The notes beneath the pieces are model-generated. The model did no database searches, had not been told where the DNA came from, and worked only from the letters and a program-made list of their open reading frames with translations. A DNA stretch of 61,552 nucleotides, counting the filler, from Circinaria calcarea (taxonomy: Eukaryota): NCBI GenBank assembly GCA_051942165.1. It is 4 parts of 4 records of this genome, joined end to end, with 100 filler letters (N's around TTAATTAATTAA, not from the genome) between each part and the next. Parts side by side here need not be neighbours in the genome. Positions count along the whole stretch, not along the records: positions 15,427 to 30,750 come from JAVECS010000372.1; positions 30,851 to 46,169 come from JAVECS010000373.1; 2 more parts are not named here. One strand, written 5' to 3'. Both the position numbers and the translations under genes were made by a program. This document shows positions 22,372-35,300 of the stretch, piece after piece; within the stretch, counting starts at the first letter, position 1; each line of letters starts with the position of its first letter.

Positions 22372-25300
22372 ATGGAAAGAGGTGCTTGCAGGTACGGGCA
22401 CTTCTCTGATCGCTCAAGGACCTTAGATCCTGGGCTCGAACAATCCCCATCTGCCGGCGTCGATCGAGATCTACGAAGTCGAATCCGCTCGTTACAACTC
22501 TCACGCAACTGCCATTATCCTCCAAAGACGCCTTGTCCGTCTCCTGATCCTTCATCAGCATCATCTCGCCCTGAGGAAAATTGCACCGAGTTCCTCGTAC
22601 ACACCCCCAAGGTCTCCAAAACTACCACTGACGGGGCCATTGCAAATCTGGCGCAACTCAGATATCCCCAGGGCAAGATGGTCATTAGGAATTATGATGG
22701 GCCTGCGGGGCAGATTGAAGAAACCGACACCGACACCATTCGCAAATATCCTAGTCAGCCTAGTATAGAGGCTGATCGTACCTCTAAGGAGACGGCTCGA
22801 GCATATGCTGGATTGAATCAAAAGGCTTTTGCTGGTGTCCTCGGTCACGAGAAACCGATATCGTCAACCCCAGCAGGCCTGTCTGCTAGCCAGAAATCGG
22901 GTTATGGCAAATCTGTGAAAGAGCACACCGGTACACGCAAGCCTCTCTATATTCTACGACCGGTTACTCCTACCCTTCCGCAGCCATTGGAAGAACGCTT
23001 GAGACCTAGTGCACTACATGTACCTGGTAGTTATGTTTCGGAGATGGACGCCAGAGGCGATAGCGCCTCCGTTGTGGCCATGCAAATGCATGATAATTCA
23101 TCTACGCCGCACGACGATAGCTCTTCAGATACTCATTTTTACGATAGCCCAACGGCGGAATCACCAAGACAAGCCATGGACACGTTGGGGAAAAATAGCG
23201 AGCGCAACGGCGAGCGTGATAGCTCTCCTTTGGTATCAGCGTTGCCATCCTTAATACGCGGGAAGAAGTCAAGTTCCACTATGAAATCAAACCTGTCCAC
23301 CAAACCCACCGGTCATCTTCTCCTGAAACCTACTGTGGAGGACATGGGAGCTCGCAAGCCGATAGGTCCTGTCCTGACGACCAACTCAGATAATGAACCC
23401 CTGGATAGTAAGGACGGCCTTAGTTCCAATCGCGAGTATGATGGGAGATCGGAACCTTTACCGCTAACTTCAACAATCGCCATGTCCAAGGAAAAGGGAG
23501 TACCCAGACCCACACCAAACCATTCTTCCATGGACCAGTATGGTAACGGCCATTTAAACCATATGCAACTTCATGACATTCATGTGGAGCAAGATTCGAG
23601 TGCCTTCGGAAACGAAGCTACCCACCTCCAGGGGTCTCCTGGATTACCCTCTAGCATGGAGTTTGAGACGTCCAACAGGATCACAGATACTCAACGTCAG
23701 GTGCAACCACCTCGGCTATTTCAGAAACATTCATATCAGCTGTCAACAATAAAGTCAACACCGGAACCGTCTTACCCTCAACCAAAATCGGACTGGGTCC
23801 GTCATTTCTTAGAAAAACGGCCATCCGCTTCAGTAACGCAAAGGACGTCAAATTTGACCAGTAGATTGTCTCAGGGTCAAGGTGCCGGTATCAACGAGAG
23901 CCAGTTGAACAATGAAGCAGAGATAATTCATGCACAGCGTAAGCCTGGCTCTATAGCCACGAATTCTTTCCAACATGACCAAGTGGGTAGCGAAGCTACA
24001 GATCTTGTATCTATAGCACGTGAACAGAAAATGAAGACGGAAGCAATTTCGAAGACCATTCTAGATTTGGAATCATTGCTGAGGGAAGCATTGATCATTG
24101 CCAATCAGGCCGCGGACAAAGACAAGGATACAAGGTCGCTTAGCTACCATGACACTGTGGAGCTCAGCCGTGAAAGTGATGGAAGGTTCGTGTCGTCTAA
24201 AGTAAACGATGATGGGGAGGAAGATTTCCAGAAGGAAGATGACTTCAGAAATCATGTCATTATCGTTGAGCCGGAATACTTGCCCAATCATCAAGGTACA
24301 TTTGAAAGAGCTCGAGACGCCACACCATACCCTGCAAATTCTGCTGTTCAAACACGACACACTTCCATGGTGCCCACTGGTATTCCAGTGCAATTCTCTT
24401 CAGCTCTTGCAAAGGCAGTGGTCACTCGGTCCAACTCATCTGAATCTGAACCCGGTTTGGATGAGCACGGAATCGTAACTTCATGGTCACCATTGGAATC
24501 GTCTCTTCGGGGACCACATAGCTTGCCTGATTCTGCCCGATCAATCAACGCTTCACAGGAGCTAGCTAGAGCTTCAGATACCAAAGATTGGGCATTGGCT
24601 TCCCGCCGCTCAAGCCGCTACCCCGAGGAATATGAGCTCCTACCTGTTCCTCAACAGCCACCACGAAGGCCAGACACCTCGCAGCTACCGACAAAGGAAA
24701 GCCGTATTCATTTACTCCGTGAGCACCAGCTCCCATCCAACGCCCTTTCGGGGGAAGTGGTCGATGACTTTATCGATACCTATCATGCTCCTCCAGTACA
24801 ACCGCGGACTAGCTCCATGGGGTTACGATCGCATGCGATGCGTCAACAGGAGTCTTATGACTTGGATAGCCGTCACGCCTACTATTCGGATGAAGATTCA
24901 GAAGGGGATTTTTATGTCCCAGATTTCCGTAATGATGGAGCCCGTAATCGTGCAGCCAATCGAGAATGGGCGGGTGGTGAACCACGCAACCAGCCAGGAA
25001 TAGGTCCCGGATCACTTCCACGCCACGATACGATCACCTCCTTGCGCGGTCCTCCGGCGATGGATCGTAATCTCGCCCAGCAGCCGGAGGGTTCAGTAAG
25101 GCCGGAATACAGCCTCAAGCACCGTCATCATTTCAGCATCCGAGGATCGCAAGGGTTCAGCTTGAGTCGATCACATCCGAGAGCCCCGATTGCAAGAGAC
25201 TGGAGTACTTATAGGAAGAGGCATGCTGCTACCGTGGCGTGTATCAGCACAGCACTCTTAGGGCTGATCATTGGGATTTATGCTGGAGAGGTTCCTGCCA

Positions 25301-26953
25301 TTCAATACAGCCTTGCCGACGAGCATCATTTTACGATCCTTGGTAATGTTGTCTTCTTCGTCGGTTTGGCCATACCTACTCTTGTATTCTGGCCTTTACC
25401 TTTACTCCATGGTCGCAAGCCTTATACTCTTGCCGCGCTGGCCATCCTACTTCCGCTCCAGTTTCCTCAGGCGGTAATTGTAGGTGAACCCAGGTCTCCA
25501 TATGATCTGACCTATCGAGCTGGCTTGCTTATATCCAGGGCCTTTGCGGGCTTTGTGATGGGTTTCGCCAACATTAACTTCCAAACCACTCTACTAGATT
25601 TGTTTGGCTCGTCACTACAGAGCGACAACCCTCATCAAGAAACAGTGAATGAGAATGATGTTCGCCGTCATGGTGGTGGAATGGGGGTGTGGCTGGGCAT
25701 CTGGACGTGGTGCTTCATAGGATCGCTCGGAATTGGCTTTCTCATCGGCGCAGTAATCATCAGCGGTCTGAATGTTCAATGGGGTTTCTGGATCACAATT
25801 ATACTGACTGCGGTGATTTTGTTCCTAAACGTGCTGACTCCAGAAGTCCGCAGGTCGCCTTACCGGCGATCAATGGCTGAAGTCCGAACGAGCACTGATA
25901 TCTCAAGACGCATTGCAAGAGGAGAAATCAAGATGCATCTTTATGCTACAGGACCGAAGCACTGGTGGGAAGAAATATTGGCGGGTAACGTGCTGGTCGG
26001 TAGGATGCTGAAACAGCCGGGCTTTGTGGTCCTTTCACTGTATATGGCATGGATATATGGCCAAGTGGTCCTGCTCATTATAGTAAGTCGATTGATAGAT
26101 TCTGCAAGTCTTTCCGTTAACTCGATTATAGCTACTTGGCGCTCTGACCTCGCAATACTATCGGTTCCGCCCGCAGTATGTCGGTCTCTGTGTGATGGCC
26201 ATTCCCATTGGCGCCCTGCTGGCTATTCCTTTTCAGAAAGCGTCTCTCTTTAGTCGGTCGAGACACCATCCCCCTCGCACGGATAGCATGACGTTCGAGA
26301 AGCGCGTCACCTGGACTTCGCACCTCGTCCGTCGAGCGATATTCATGATCGTGCTGCCGTTCGCTGGCTTGGCATATACGCTCACCTCGGCCGGCCGTCA
26401 CATCCCCTTCATCCTTCCGACGCTCTTTGCCGGCCTGATTGGATTCCTCTCCAACCTCGCGATTGCGGAATGCAATGGTATCATCATGGAGACGTATGAT
26501 ACCTCCGACCTTCAGCCAGGGATGACCGGTCGGCCCCGACGGATATTGCCGGAGGAAGTGAGGAAAAGACGGACCAATTTTTCGTGCTTCCCTCGCGTCA
26601 CCGCGGCCTTTGCCATCACGCAGTCCTTTGCCTTTCTCATCGCCGCTGCCGCCAGCGCCACCGGAGGCGCGGTCGTGCGTCGGATCGGCGCGCAGCGGGC
26701 GACAGCCATCGTGGCCAGTATCTTGCTAGCCCTAACCCTACTCCTCATCACCATCCTGACGCGCGTGCGGACAGTCCAGGTGGTGCCGGCGGAGCGTTAT
26801 GGCACCAACGTGCTGAGCGGGCCCGAGGACGAATGGAAGCCGGTGATTATCGGCCGGCCGAGCGGGACGACGCGGCGGATGAGCCTGTTGGAGCTGGGAG
26901 CCATGACGAGGTGGACGGAGATTCGGAAGAGAAATCGCTTGATTCCGGAGTGA
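22372..26953 (+). CDS. MFS (DHA1/polyamine transporter-like) protein with a ~950-aa disordered N-terminus
   Basis: PIARDWSTYRKR, IYAGEVPAIQY, PLPLLHGRKPY, DVRRHGGGMGVWLGIW, LSNLAIAECNGIIMETYDTSDLQPGM. Intron about 26083-26131. Confidence 0.88.
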
Positions 26954-27359
26954 AGGTGGTAAGGTATAGATGAAGAGGATAAGATTCTCGAGTTGGGACT
27001 CTGGGATACGCGGGTTAGGGTTTGGAGAGGAGGTGGACTGCCGGAAGTGAGCTTGGGTTTGGGGCTGGACCTTGCTGGGCCCAGGTGGTCGATGGATGGT
27101 TACTTTATGGATTGCGTTGGATTGGGAAGGTTATTGTTAGCTCCAAATCCCTTATCCTGATCATTTTAATCACCCTGAAGCCTATCCAAGTTATCAAACC
27201 TCTCGGAGTTCCGCTCACACCATCGTCTAATACCATGCCGTACTATAACCACCCACTATTCTACCCTAGGTGATCTGATGACTAAGCGGAACCTCTCTAC
27301 CTAATTACTTCCATCACCTAAATCCTACTACGATTAATGTAACCTTCATACGGCTGACA

Positions 27360-28360
27360 ATGGCGACTAGTCGTACAGCGAGTGCAGTCGCCGGCCGGGC
27401 TGTACATATCAAGATCCATCCCCGACCTCGGAATCTCGCCGAATCGCGCCAGGTGCTGCGCGTGCTGGAGAGGTATGGGGAAGTGGTCATGTTTAAGCAT
27501 CTTAAGGTGTGCTGGGCTTTTTGGCCAAGTCAATCCGCAACAGCTGATCGATCGGTCAAGTACAGTATGAACCGCAAGCTCCCGCACCCAATTCGGCTCT
27601 CGCCATCTATCGGTACACCACCGGCGCTGAGAAAGCCATGAAGGCTAGTCCGATGAGATTTGTGTTTGGAACAAGTGAAGGGGAGGTGAAGGAGTACGGG
27701 CTTAATGCCGGGGACGAGAATCAACGACGAGACGATCAGACGATTGAAATACGGTCAGACTCTACGCAAGAGGCCACGCGACAAGTGGTTGAGGATTCAA
27801 TCGAAGACCAGATAACGGGTGTTAAACGGCCCACATCGGACGCAGACGATGCGGCTATCAAGGAGCTGAAGGATCGAGAGCCGTGGGGTACTACATTCCC
27901 GAGCGTCCAAGCCTCGTCAAATCCTCCACCTGAACCATCCCCTGTTCCTCTTGATTCCACACCGCCACCCTCTTCTGTTCCCGTTGCCAACTCTCCATTG
28001 CCCTTCCCACTACCCTCCTCTTCAGTCCAGACACCGTCATCCATCGATGATCCTCAGCCCCCGGTACGCGAAGTCCAAATCCACGTTTCACCTTCAACCC
28101 TCAATCACCAAGCTTACATATCTCGGCAAAGCTACTACTCAGGCTTCCGAGTCTCGAACAAGACCATCATGGCAGAGGATCTCGAGGGAAGGGTGCCGGT
28201 GTTCGGGATGGTAGATTTACGCATGGACAAAGAGGAGACACCGATCAGGATCAGGGTGAAGAGGGATGAGGTTGGAAACCAGAAGGCGTTGCCGAGGCTG
28301 AGGGAGTTGTGGGAGGTTGGCATACGGAAGAGGACCGGAGGAAGTGCAACAACCGCGTAG
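27360..28360 (+). CDS. Conserved hypothetical fungal protein
   Basis: Exon 1 RAVHIKIHPRPRNLAESRQVLRVLERYGEVVMFKHLK; intron 27508-27565; exon 2 YEPQAPAPNSALAIY..ASPMRF continuing into ORF 27638..28360. Confidence 0.75.
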
Positions 28361-29416
28361 GTTCAGGCATGGGGTTCGGGGCCTGGAGGTTTTTTTGGGG
28401 GGAAGAGATATTGAATGAGAGGCAAGGTAGGACGCAACTGGCGTGAAATTCCTTACATAAAGGATCGAGGAGTTCTTGTGGGTAGAGCTGAGTCTTGGAT
28501 CTGGGGGGATGGAACCCTACGTCAACGCCGCGCAAGCGACAACAGGTGCCAGTACTAATTACGGTCACCCTGAAGATTATTACGGATGCCCAGGACGTTG
28601 TACTTTTGGCAGGCGCCTCGTTTCTGAAAAACGGCGAGGATAACGAAATTTTGGGACCGGGTGATGTACGCGAGGCTGAGAAGTCGAGGTTAGGTATTCG
28701 CGACACCAGGTTAGAAGAGAATCTATCTCGAGCTTCTGTGGGAGGAGGTTATGCAATAATACCAACGAGTCTATTATTACACACGTATTGGATGAAACCC
28801 ATGGATCTAAGTTTACGAGCTGACTCAGCTGATGTAGGGCCGCAGCAGGCGCTGTGACTGGAAAACTACCACTGTAACCTACATTAAACTTTGAAATTGA
28901 TCTCGTACTACCGACGTTCGGAGGCGCTCTGTTTTCACCTTTCCCATTGGGTTTATTGAGCTGAGCCAATCATTTATCTATATCTGGTTGTCCGGCTTGT
29001 GGCACGCCACGCTTAATGGTGTCATTCAGGCAGGTTGCATCGTCTATCTTGATACCGGGAATGCTGGTAGTCATGCTTGCGGCTTTCCACGTTTCTCGTT
29101 TATACCTGCTTCCTAGTTTTTAACCTTCCTCTGCGTCCTTGGAATCATTGGTGCCGCAGGAGTCTGATATTTTAGCAAAGAATCCGTCCCTGGATCCCTT
29201 ATGTTCTAGCTGCGATGATTGGCACTGCGCTCTGCCTCGACATGAGTGTACGGCACGTATTTGCAATATGTGTTCGTATTATCCAGCCTTTACCGTAAGA
29301 GCCATATCTAGGTCCTACGCAAGACGACTGGCTAGAAGGTTCATAGGTACATGACCAAACTCTTCCTTTGCTTTGCTTTCCTCTCCCGGAATGTTCATCT
29401 TGTACTGCCATGTCGA

Positions 29417-30657
29417 ATGATGGCAACAACAGTCCATGAAACGGTAGACAAGGGGCCCATACTACTTGCTGCCACAATTGCTGTCTACACCTTGGCTGGT
29501 GTCGCTGTGTTTTTACGTTTTCTGTCTAGAAGATTATCAACAGTGGGCTACTGGTGGGATGACTGGCTTGCCCTTATGGCATTGGTACTTTTTCTCCCTT
29601 GAACTAGGCTGACACCCTAGTTGCGGTAGCCGGTTGGTTGAAGTCTCTAACAACAAGTTAGACAACCTGTTCCAGTACCTTGATCCTCGGTATACTTTGT
29701 ATGTTTCTCCATTCCACCCATAGTTCTGGAGCTCCTCTAATGGGTCGACGCAGTGACGCGATTTGGAATCGGGAAGCATGCGGTCACCACCGGCCAAAGA
29801 GGAGTGCATAACGTCTACAAAGCTTTGTATATATTGGAAATCACCTATGCAATCACCACCACCCTAGTCAAGTACTCCATTCTGTGCTTCTACTGGCGGA
29901 TTTTCAAAGTCACACACCTCAAGCTACCGTTTTACATCATGTTCGGGGTGGTGACAGCGTGGTTCATTGCCGCTGTGAGCACTGCCGGAGCCACCCAAGA
30001 CCAAGAAAAGCACCGTCTAACAGTCTAGCCGTAGGAACTCGGTGCGATCTTCAAATGCGTACCCGCCAGCTCCCTCTGGAATCCCAGCGTGCACGGTCAC
30101 TGCTTCGACATTAGGAAATTCCTGATCGGAACAGCTGTGCCAAACATCCTTACCGATATCATCCTTCTCCTCATGCCTCTCCCTTTTGTATGGACCTTGC
30201 AAATCACTCGAGCGCAGAGACTCGCCGTCACGGCAGTTTTCCTTGTCGGTGCTTTGTACGTTTTCATCCCAAATTTGACGCTATTGCTCTTTTCCTTTCG
30301 ATACTGACCCTTTCCCCAAAGCGTCACCGTCGTCTCCGTTATCCGCCTCGTCATCTGGTTGCAGCTCAAGCACATCGATCCTACTTGTTTGTACCCCCCC
30401 CGGTCCCCTCCTTTCCCTAAAGAAACCACAACCAAACTGACCAACCCCCTCCGCCCCCTATAGGGAACTTCTTCCCTGGCGTCCTCTGGAACCTCGTTGA
30501 ACCCAACATCGCCATCGTCTCCGCCTGCCTCCCCACCATGCGCCCGATCCTCCGATCTGTCATCGGGAGCTCCCCGCAGCCATCAGTAGCGGGCAAGAGC
30601 TCGAGAGCTTCGAGTGCGGTTTTAGGGGGAAGATGGAGGGGTAGGGGGGGGAAATAG
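29417..30657 (+). CDS. PTH11-like (fungal rhodopsin-domain) integral membrane protein
   Basis: LRFLSRR..WWDDWL, GIGKH, KYSILCFYWRIF, CVP...W...GHC, NILTDIILLLMPLP, EPNIAIVSACLPTMRP. About five introns. The 3' end lies in a G-rich stretch near the piece end and is uncertain. Confidence 0.88.
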
Positions 30658-30750
30658 CAATGAGTCGGATGGGAGTGGGTGGATGGGTGGAAATGGGACT
30701 TTTGGCGGGTTAAGATTGAATGCGGCAAAGGGTGGAGCGAGTAAAGGGGG

Positions 30751-30850
30751 NNNNNNNNNNNNNNNNNNNNNNNNNNNNNNNNNNNNNNNNNNNNTTAATT
30801 AATTAANNNNNNNNNNNNNNNNNNNNNNNNNNNNNNNNNNNNNNNNNNNN
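30751..30850. other. Artificial contig spacer N44-TTAATTAATTAA-N44
   Basis: Identical 100-bp spacer. Confidence 0.97.
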
Positions 30851-31838
30851 GGGGAAAGGGGAAAGGGGGGCGTTTTGGAGTTGGGTGTTGGGCGTTTGAT
30901 GTTATGTGGTACCGAGAGCGGATGGTGATGGATAGGGGCGAGAGATAAAACTTCTATCATCATATCGCGCAGACGGTAGGCTCAGGTAGAACTTGTCAGA
31001 TTGACGCGCTATGGAGTACGCGAGTACAAGGGTTGTGCACAACATTCACACGATTAGCAAAAAATGCTCTCGAAACGTTTCCGGGGGAACCGGGATGCCG
31101 CATGGCACATGGCACAATCCACACGATTGGAGAAATCCTGGGCCGGAAGTCCGAGACTGCATCCGTGGCCTCCCCGGAAAGAAGTAGCGATCACATCTTT
31201 CAGGGATGAGTTGGAGTTCTGCATGCGAGCTCTCTGAATTGTGTTTCTTCTTCCCCCTGGACCTGGAGAGCGGTTTCTAGAGCGGGCAAGAATGTGATAG
31301 ATCGTGCTGGAGAGAATTGGTGGTAGCAAAAAGGGAACTGGGAGTCATGGGGTGCAAGTTTGCTATGAAGTAGGGGGGGCGGTTGTGGAAGGGCATGGGT
31401 GGAGGGTTGGAGGTGGTGGTGCTGTTGGAAGGCAGGGGAGGAAAGTGAAGGGGGGTTTGCTGTTCACGCCCTGTTCATGAATACCAAGTTGACGTCTTTC
31501 CAACTGAAAGTACTGTACGCTTCTTTTCTTCGTGATTTCAGTCGAAGTGGATTGGTGCTTCTGCTCGTGACTCGATCAGGGCAAAGGATTCTGGAAGCGA
31601 AATCGTGGGTAGGGTACAGACATCGAATTCAATACTTATACCTCTCCACCCCGTTCACTATCACATCCACGAAATAACTTCACTTCGTCCGCTTTGGCCC
31701 TTGAGTTTCGTCCTTGTTCAGTACACTTCTGTTACATCTTTCTAATATTCCACAGAAGCCTCTTCCGATCTCCAACTGCTCACAGCACGGCACCCTTCGT
31801 GTCTCCAACGTACTCCCGAATTAGAATCATCCATCAAA

Positions 31839-32626
31839 ATGTCACTCTGGAGACGGGCTGATGCGTACAATCGCCTCCTCGCCGCTTTGGTAGCATCGTT
31901 GGACGCTACAATAAAGGTAAGGCGTGTCAACGGGAGTCTTTTCTGCCCTTTGGTTTATACTCGCTTGTGATCGCATTTTCATTTGTTATTCACCTCAACA
32001 ATGACATCTCCATCTTTCCATGCCCAGGTCCCTTCCCTATCTCCCATCTCTCTGCAGGCCCTGGTTTTTTTCCATTACCCACCGTTTCGACCCGATAGCC
32101 ACGTTTCTTCTACATGAAACCTGGCAAGTAACGTTAACCTAACTTATAGATTGATTATCGCAAAATTGCCGCCTTGTACGGAAGAGAGGCTACCTACGAT
32201 TCCATCGAAGGCCGTTTCCGCATCATCAGAAAGGAGGCGGCCCAACTCAGGGAAGAAGTCGCAACGGGGATTCGTCCAGCTGAGCCTCCCCGCGGGGGAC
32301 CGAAGAAGGACAAAGATGATGCTACCGAGGACGACGAGGAAGATGAGCATCCCGTCAAGAAAGTCCCCAAGCCTCGGACTCCGAAGCAAAGGGGTAATGT
32401 CCTTGCTGGAAGGGTCAGCAAGACGAAGGCGCCTGCGAAACCGAGGGGCAGAGGCACCAAGGGTATCAAGGAGGAGGCCGAGAGCAGCCCGCCGAGCATG
32501 ATGGATGAGATGCTAAGCGGAGTGGGCAATGATTTCGGGGGACTGTCCTACAGCTTCGACGGCCACGGCGCTTTCGGCGCGATGGGCATGGATGTTGACG
32601 GAGATTTCGACGGTGGGAATGTTTAG
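31839..32626 (+). CDS. Small fungal helical DNA-binding-like protein with Lys/Arg-rich tail (possible AT-hook-like KPRGRG)
   Basis: MSLWRRADAYNRLLAALVASLDATIK, intron 31917-32149, then IDYRKIAALYGREATYDSIEGRFRIIRKEA in frame with ORF 32174..32626. Confidence 0.7.
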
Positions 32627-32933
32627 AGCCGGCAAATGCTTTGGGGCATTGTCTCACAAGTCTGCTGAAATAGAACATGGAAGTTGCGTTCTCTGGCCTA
32701 CATAGGATCCTGAGTGCAGCATCCAAATGACATACGGTGAATCATTTACAGTATGAACTTTACGTACCAATTGTTTCGAGAGCATCAAATACACAAGGGA
32801 AGACAAGGTGAATGACTGCGTGTAACCATACCTGGTGATTGAGATAAAATTATGTATAGTTATTAGGACCTAAGTAAACATTAACTGCACGACCTTTCGA
32901 AAATGGGAAACGCCTTTTTCTATGCTGCGAGGA

Positions 32934-34244
32934 TTAGTTTTTTACTTGTTGGAGGTCGAAAGCCCATGATTTTAGAGACTTGAAGCTATCTCTGCTCCTT
33001 TGTTCACCTTCGGGCGTCATCTGCTTGACGAGGTCTAGACTAGAAGTCCGTCGTCCCGGATTGGGCTCAAGGCCGGCCATCATCCACTTTTGGAGAGTGG
33101 ATGAGTAGAGGTGGTCTATCTTCCATGGTGCCCTCACTTCTGGATCTGTCTCCCATCTCTCCCTGTTTCTCCGGTCATTTGGCCATGTTTTGGGCATTGA
33201 CTTCAGTGGGGTCCTACCGTGATGTGCCATAGCGTGGATAATGGCAGCTAGAGACCAGACATCACTTCGGGCAGTAGCCTCAGGAAGCTCTGGGGCTCTC
33301 CATGAGGGTGTGCCGTTACAGGAGATTGAATTATAATCGGGATCAGTGGCTACAGCCGCCAGACCGAAGTCGCCAAGTACGACATGAGGATACTTACCAT
33401 CCGAGCGAGACTTCAGGAAGATATTGGCTGGTTTGATATCCCGATGAATTACCTTATTCCAGCTCGAAGGTGCATGACGTTCCGACGGGTTGACCCCGTA
33501 ATGGATGAAAGCCAACGCTTGGGCTAGTTGAACGAAGACGTGCCAAACAAACGCTTCTGGAATAACGGATTGGTGCAGAGTATAGTTATCGATAAGGTCA
33601 TGAAGATCGCCGCCATCACAATAGTCGAAGAAGAGGTGTGTCTCTGGTTGTTGTAGGATCGCTTGATGGAACTTGATGATAAGTGGGCAAGGTGGCAGAA
33701 CATCTTTAAGGACTCGAACCTCACATGGAACACCCCCAGTAAGCAGCGGGTTTCGCATTTTCTTCAAGACAAGAAGCTTGCGATCGCTAGAGCGTTCGAC
33801 TAATACACACTCTCCTTGGCCACCAGCTCTGATAGTATTGATCTTCTTATATTTAATAGCATCCGATTGATTTCCTTGATTTCCTTGGTCTCCTTGGTCT
33901 CGGGTGCGGTGAGAGTGATACTTGTTGGTATCTTCTATCTCCTGCCTGTTGTGTGTCCGATACTTGTAAGTTTCCTCTGGATTGCACGTCCTAGGCTCCA
34001 TAACATAGGTCCGATGCTTGTTAGTATCCACTTGATCCCGCCTGTTGTGTGTCCGATACTTATAAGTTTCCTCTGGATTGCGCGTCCTGGCCGCAATAAT
34101 ATGAGTGCGATAGGAATTAGCACAAGGATCGGCCTCTTCTGCATATCCTCCCTCCTGATGATGAGCGCGATACTGATCATCATAGTGGTCAGTATCGTCT
34201 GCGTATCCACCGTACCGAGAGCCATAGCGGTTAGTGTGATACAT
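32934..34244 (-). CDS. Ser/Thr protein kinase, NimA/NEK-like
   Basis: GGQG loop, LVLKK, DYCDGGDL, IPEAFVWHVFVQLAQALAFIHYG, HRDIKPANIFL, LGDFGLA, APE, SDVWSL. Intronless. Confidence 0.9.
   Translation of the reverse strand: MYHTNRYGSRYGGYADDTDHYDDQYRAHHQEGGYAEEADPCANSYRTHIIAARTRNPEETYKYRTHNRRDQVDTNKHRTYVMEPRTCNPEETYKYRTHNRQEIEDTNKYHSHRTRDQGDQGNQGNQSDAIKYKKINTIRAGGQGECVLVERSSDRKLLVLKKMRNPLLTGGVPCEVRVLKDVLPPCPLIIKFHQAILQQPETHLFFDYCDGGDLHDLIDNYTLHQSVIPEAFVWHVFVQLAQALAFIHYGVNPSERHAPSSWNKVIHRDIKPANIFLKSRSDGKYPHVVLGDFGLAAVATDPDYNSISCNGTPSWRAPELPEATARSDVWSLAAIIHAMAHHGRTPLKSMPKTWPNDRRNRERWETDPEVRAPWKIDHLYSSTLQKWMMAGLEPNPGRRTSSLDLVKQMTPEGEQRSRDSFKSLKSWAFDLQQVKN
33918..34088. repeat. 96-bp-period tandem duplication in the kinase N-terminus
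   Basis: CCTGTTGTGTGTCCGATACTTRTAAGTTTCCTCTGGATTGCRCGTCCT at 33945 and 34041; encodes RTxNPEETYKYRTHNR..DTNK twice. Confidence 0.9.
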
Positions 34245-35300
34245 CTCTGATACCCGCAGGTAAACGTAGTGTAGTCAGTTAGATTGATAGATTTCAGTAG
34301 GTGACTTGGAGATTATTTTTCGAAAGGCTTGCTTCGAGTATGGGCCATCATGCAGCGATTGTTATATACATGAATCACCTTGTCTCATTACACTCTTCTT
34401 GAAGGCTCAAAGGGAACAAAGAATTCCTTGTATAATCAGTCAAGGTTATAAATTAATCGGTAACTACCTTTATCTTCATGTATTCATGAAAGAACTGGTA
34501 GCATAATGCACTGAGTAGAACTCGGATGGAAGGCCGCTTTGGCTTAGGAATTAAACAATTAGGACCTGTCTTGTAGCGCGCGATAGGCTTGATGGAAAGA
34601 AACCGATATTACAAACGAGAGGTCCTGAGAGAAGCTGCCACTTCATCGGATGGAGTAATTGCTTGAAGCAACCATTCCCGTTGGACGGAGTAGCTGCTTG
34701 AAGCCACCATTTCCATATGCAACAAGATGTCACACTGGAAAGTATCTGGCACTGAGATTAACCTATGTTGTACATTGCCCTCCCAATTCGGGGTAATAGT
34801 GCAAAGTGACTTCTTCATTCGGGCGAAGGGCATCAGTGCGTAGCCAAATTAAAGAGTTACTAAACAAGCCTTTGGCTAACTCGATAAGAAAGGATTGCTC
34901 AATTCGATTAACAATCTTCTTCAACAACGCTTTATTTCCTCTGTAAAATGGTTGTTCACGGATGCGCATATGTCCAACCGTTTGCTTGGCGCGCGTTACT
35001 CGCGGTAATGCTCTTAATTCTGATTAGAGGCAGTTTCCCCTATTCTTCTGAAGCCGGCACTCTGGAACCGGATGCTGAATTGACACCCGCCGGCAACTTC
35101 ACACGATGTCTTAACGCTACATAATCTCAGAAAGATATCAGGAGGACCAGAAGCGGGGCCGTTTCAGACACGGCTATACGTGAACCTTTTAAATCCGAGC
35201 CCAGGATAGATGTTGCCAGTCAAGATAGATTTCGTGATCTCATATCACTAGACCGCTTCTTGTGCTACCAGGCGCGATCAAGCCTTCAAATGGGTTCCAT

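Noticed and set aside
29585..29661. Possible stwintron or microexon in the first PTH11-like intron (extra CTGAC..TAG at 29620)
   Set aside because: The inner intron would be only 36 nt and the alternatives give stops or frameshifts; a single 77-nt intron gives a sensible frame.
31917..32149. Long 233-nt intron as a snoRNA host
   Set aside because: No convincing C/D (RTGATGA..CTGA) or H/ACA arrangement seen.
34551..34969. Short overlapping minus-strand ORFs between the kinase and UFD1
   Set aside because: No recognisable domain or consistent splice model; cannot be supported as a gene or relic.
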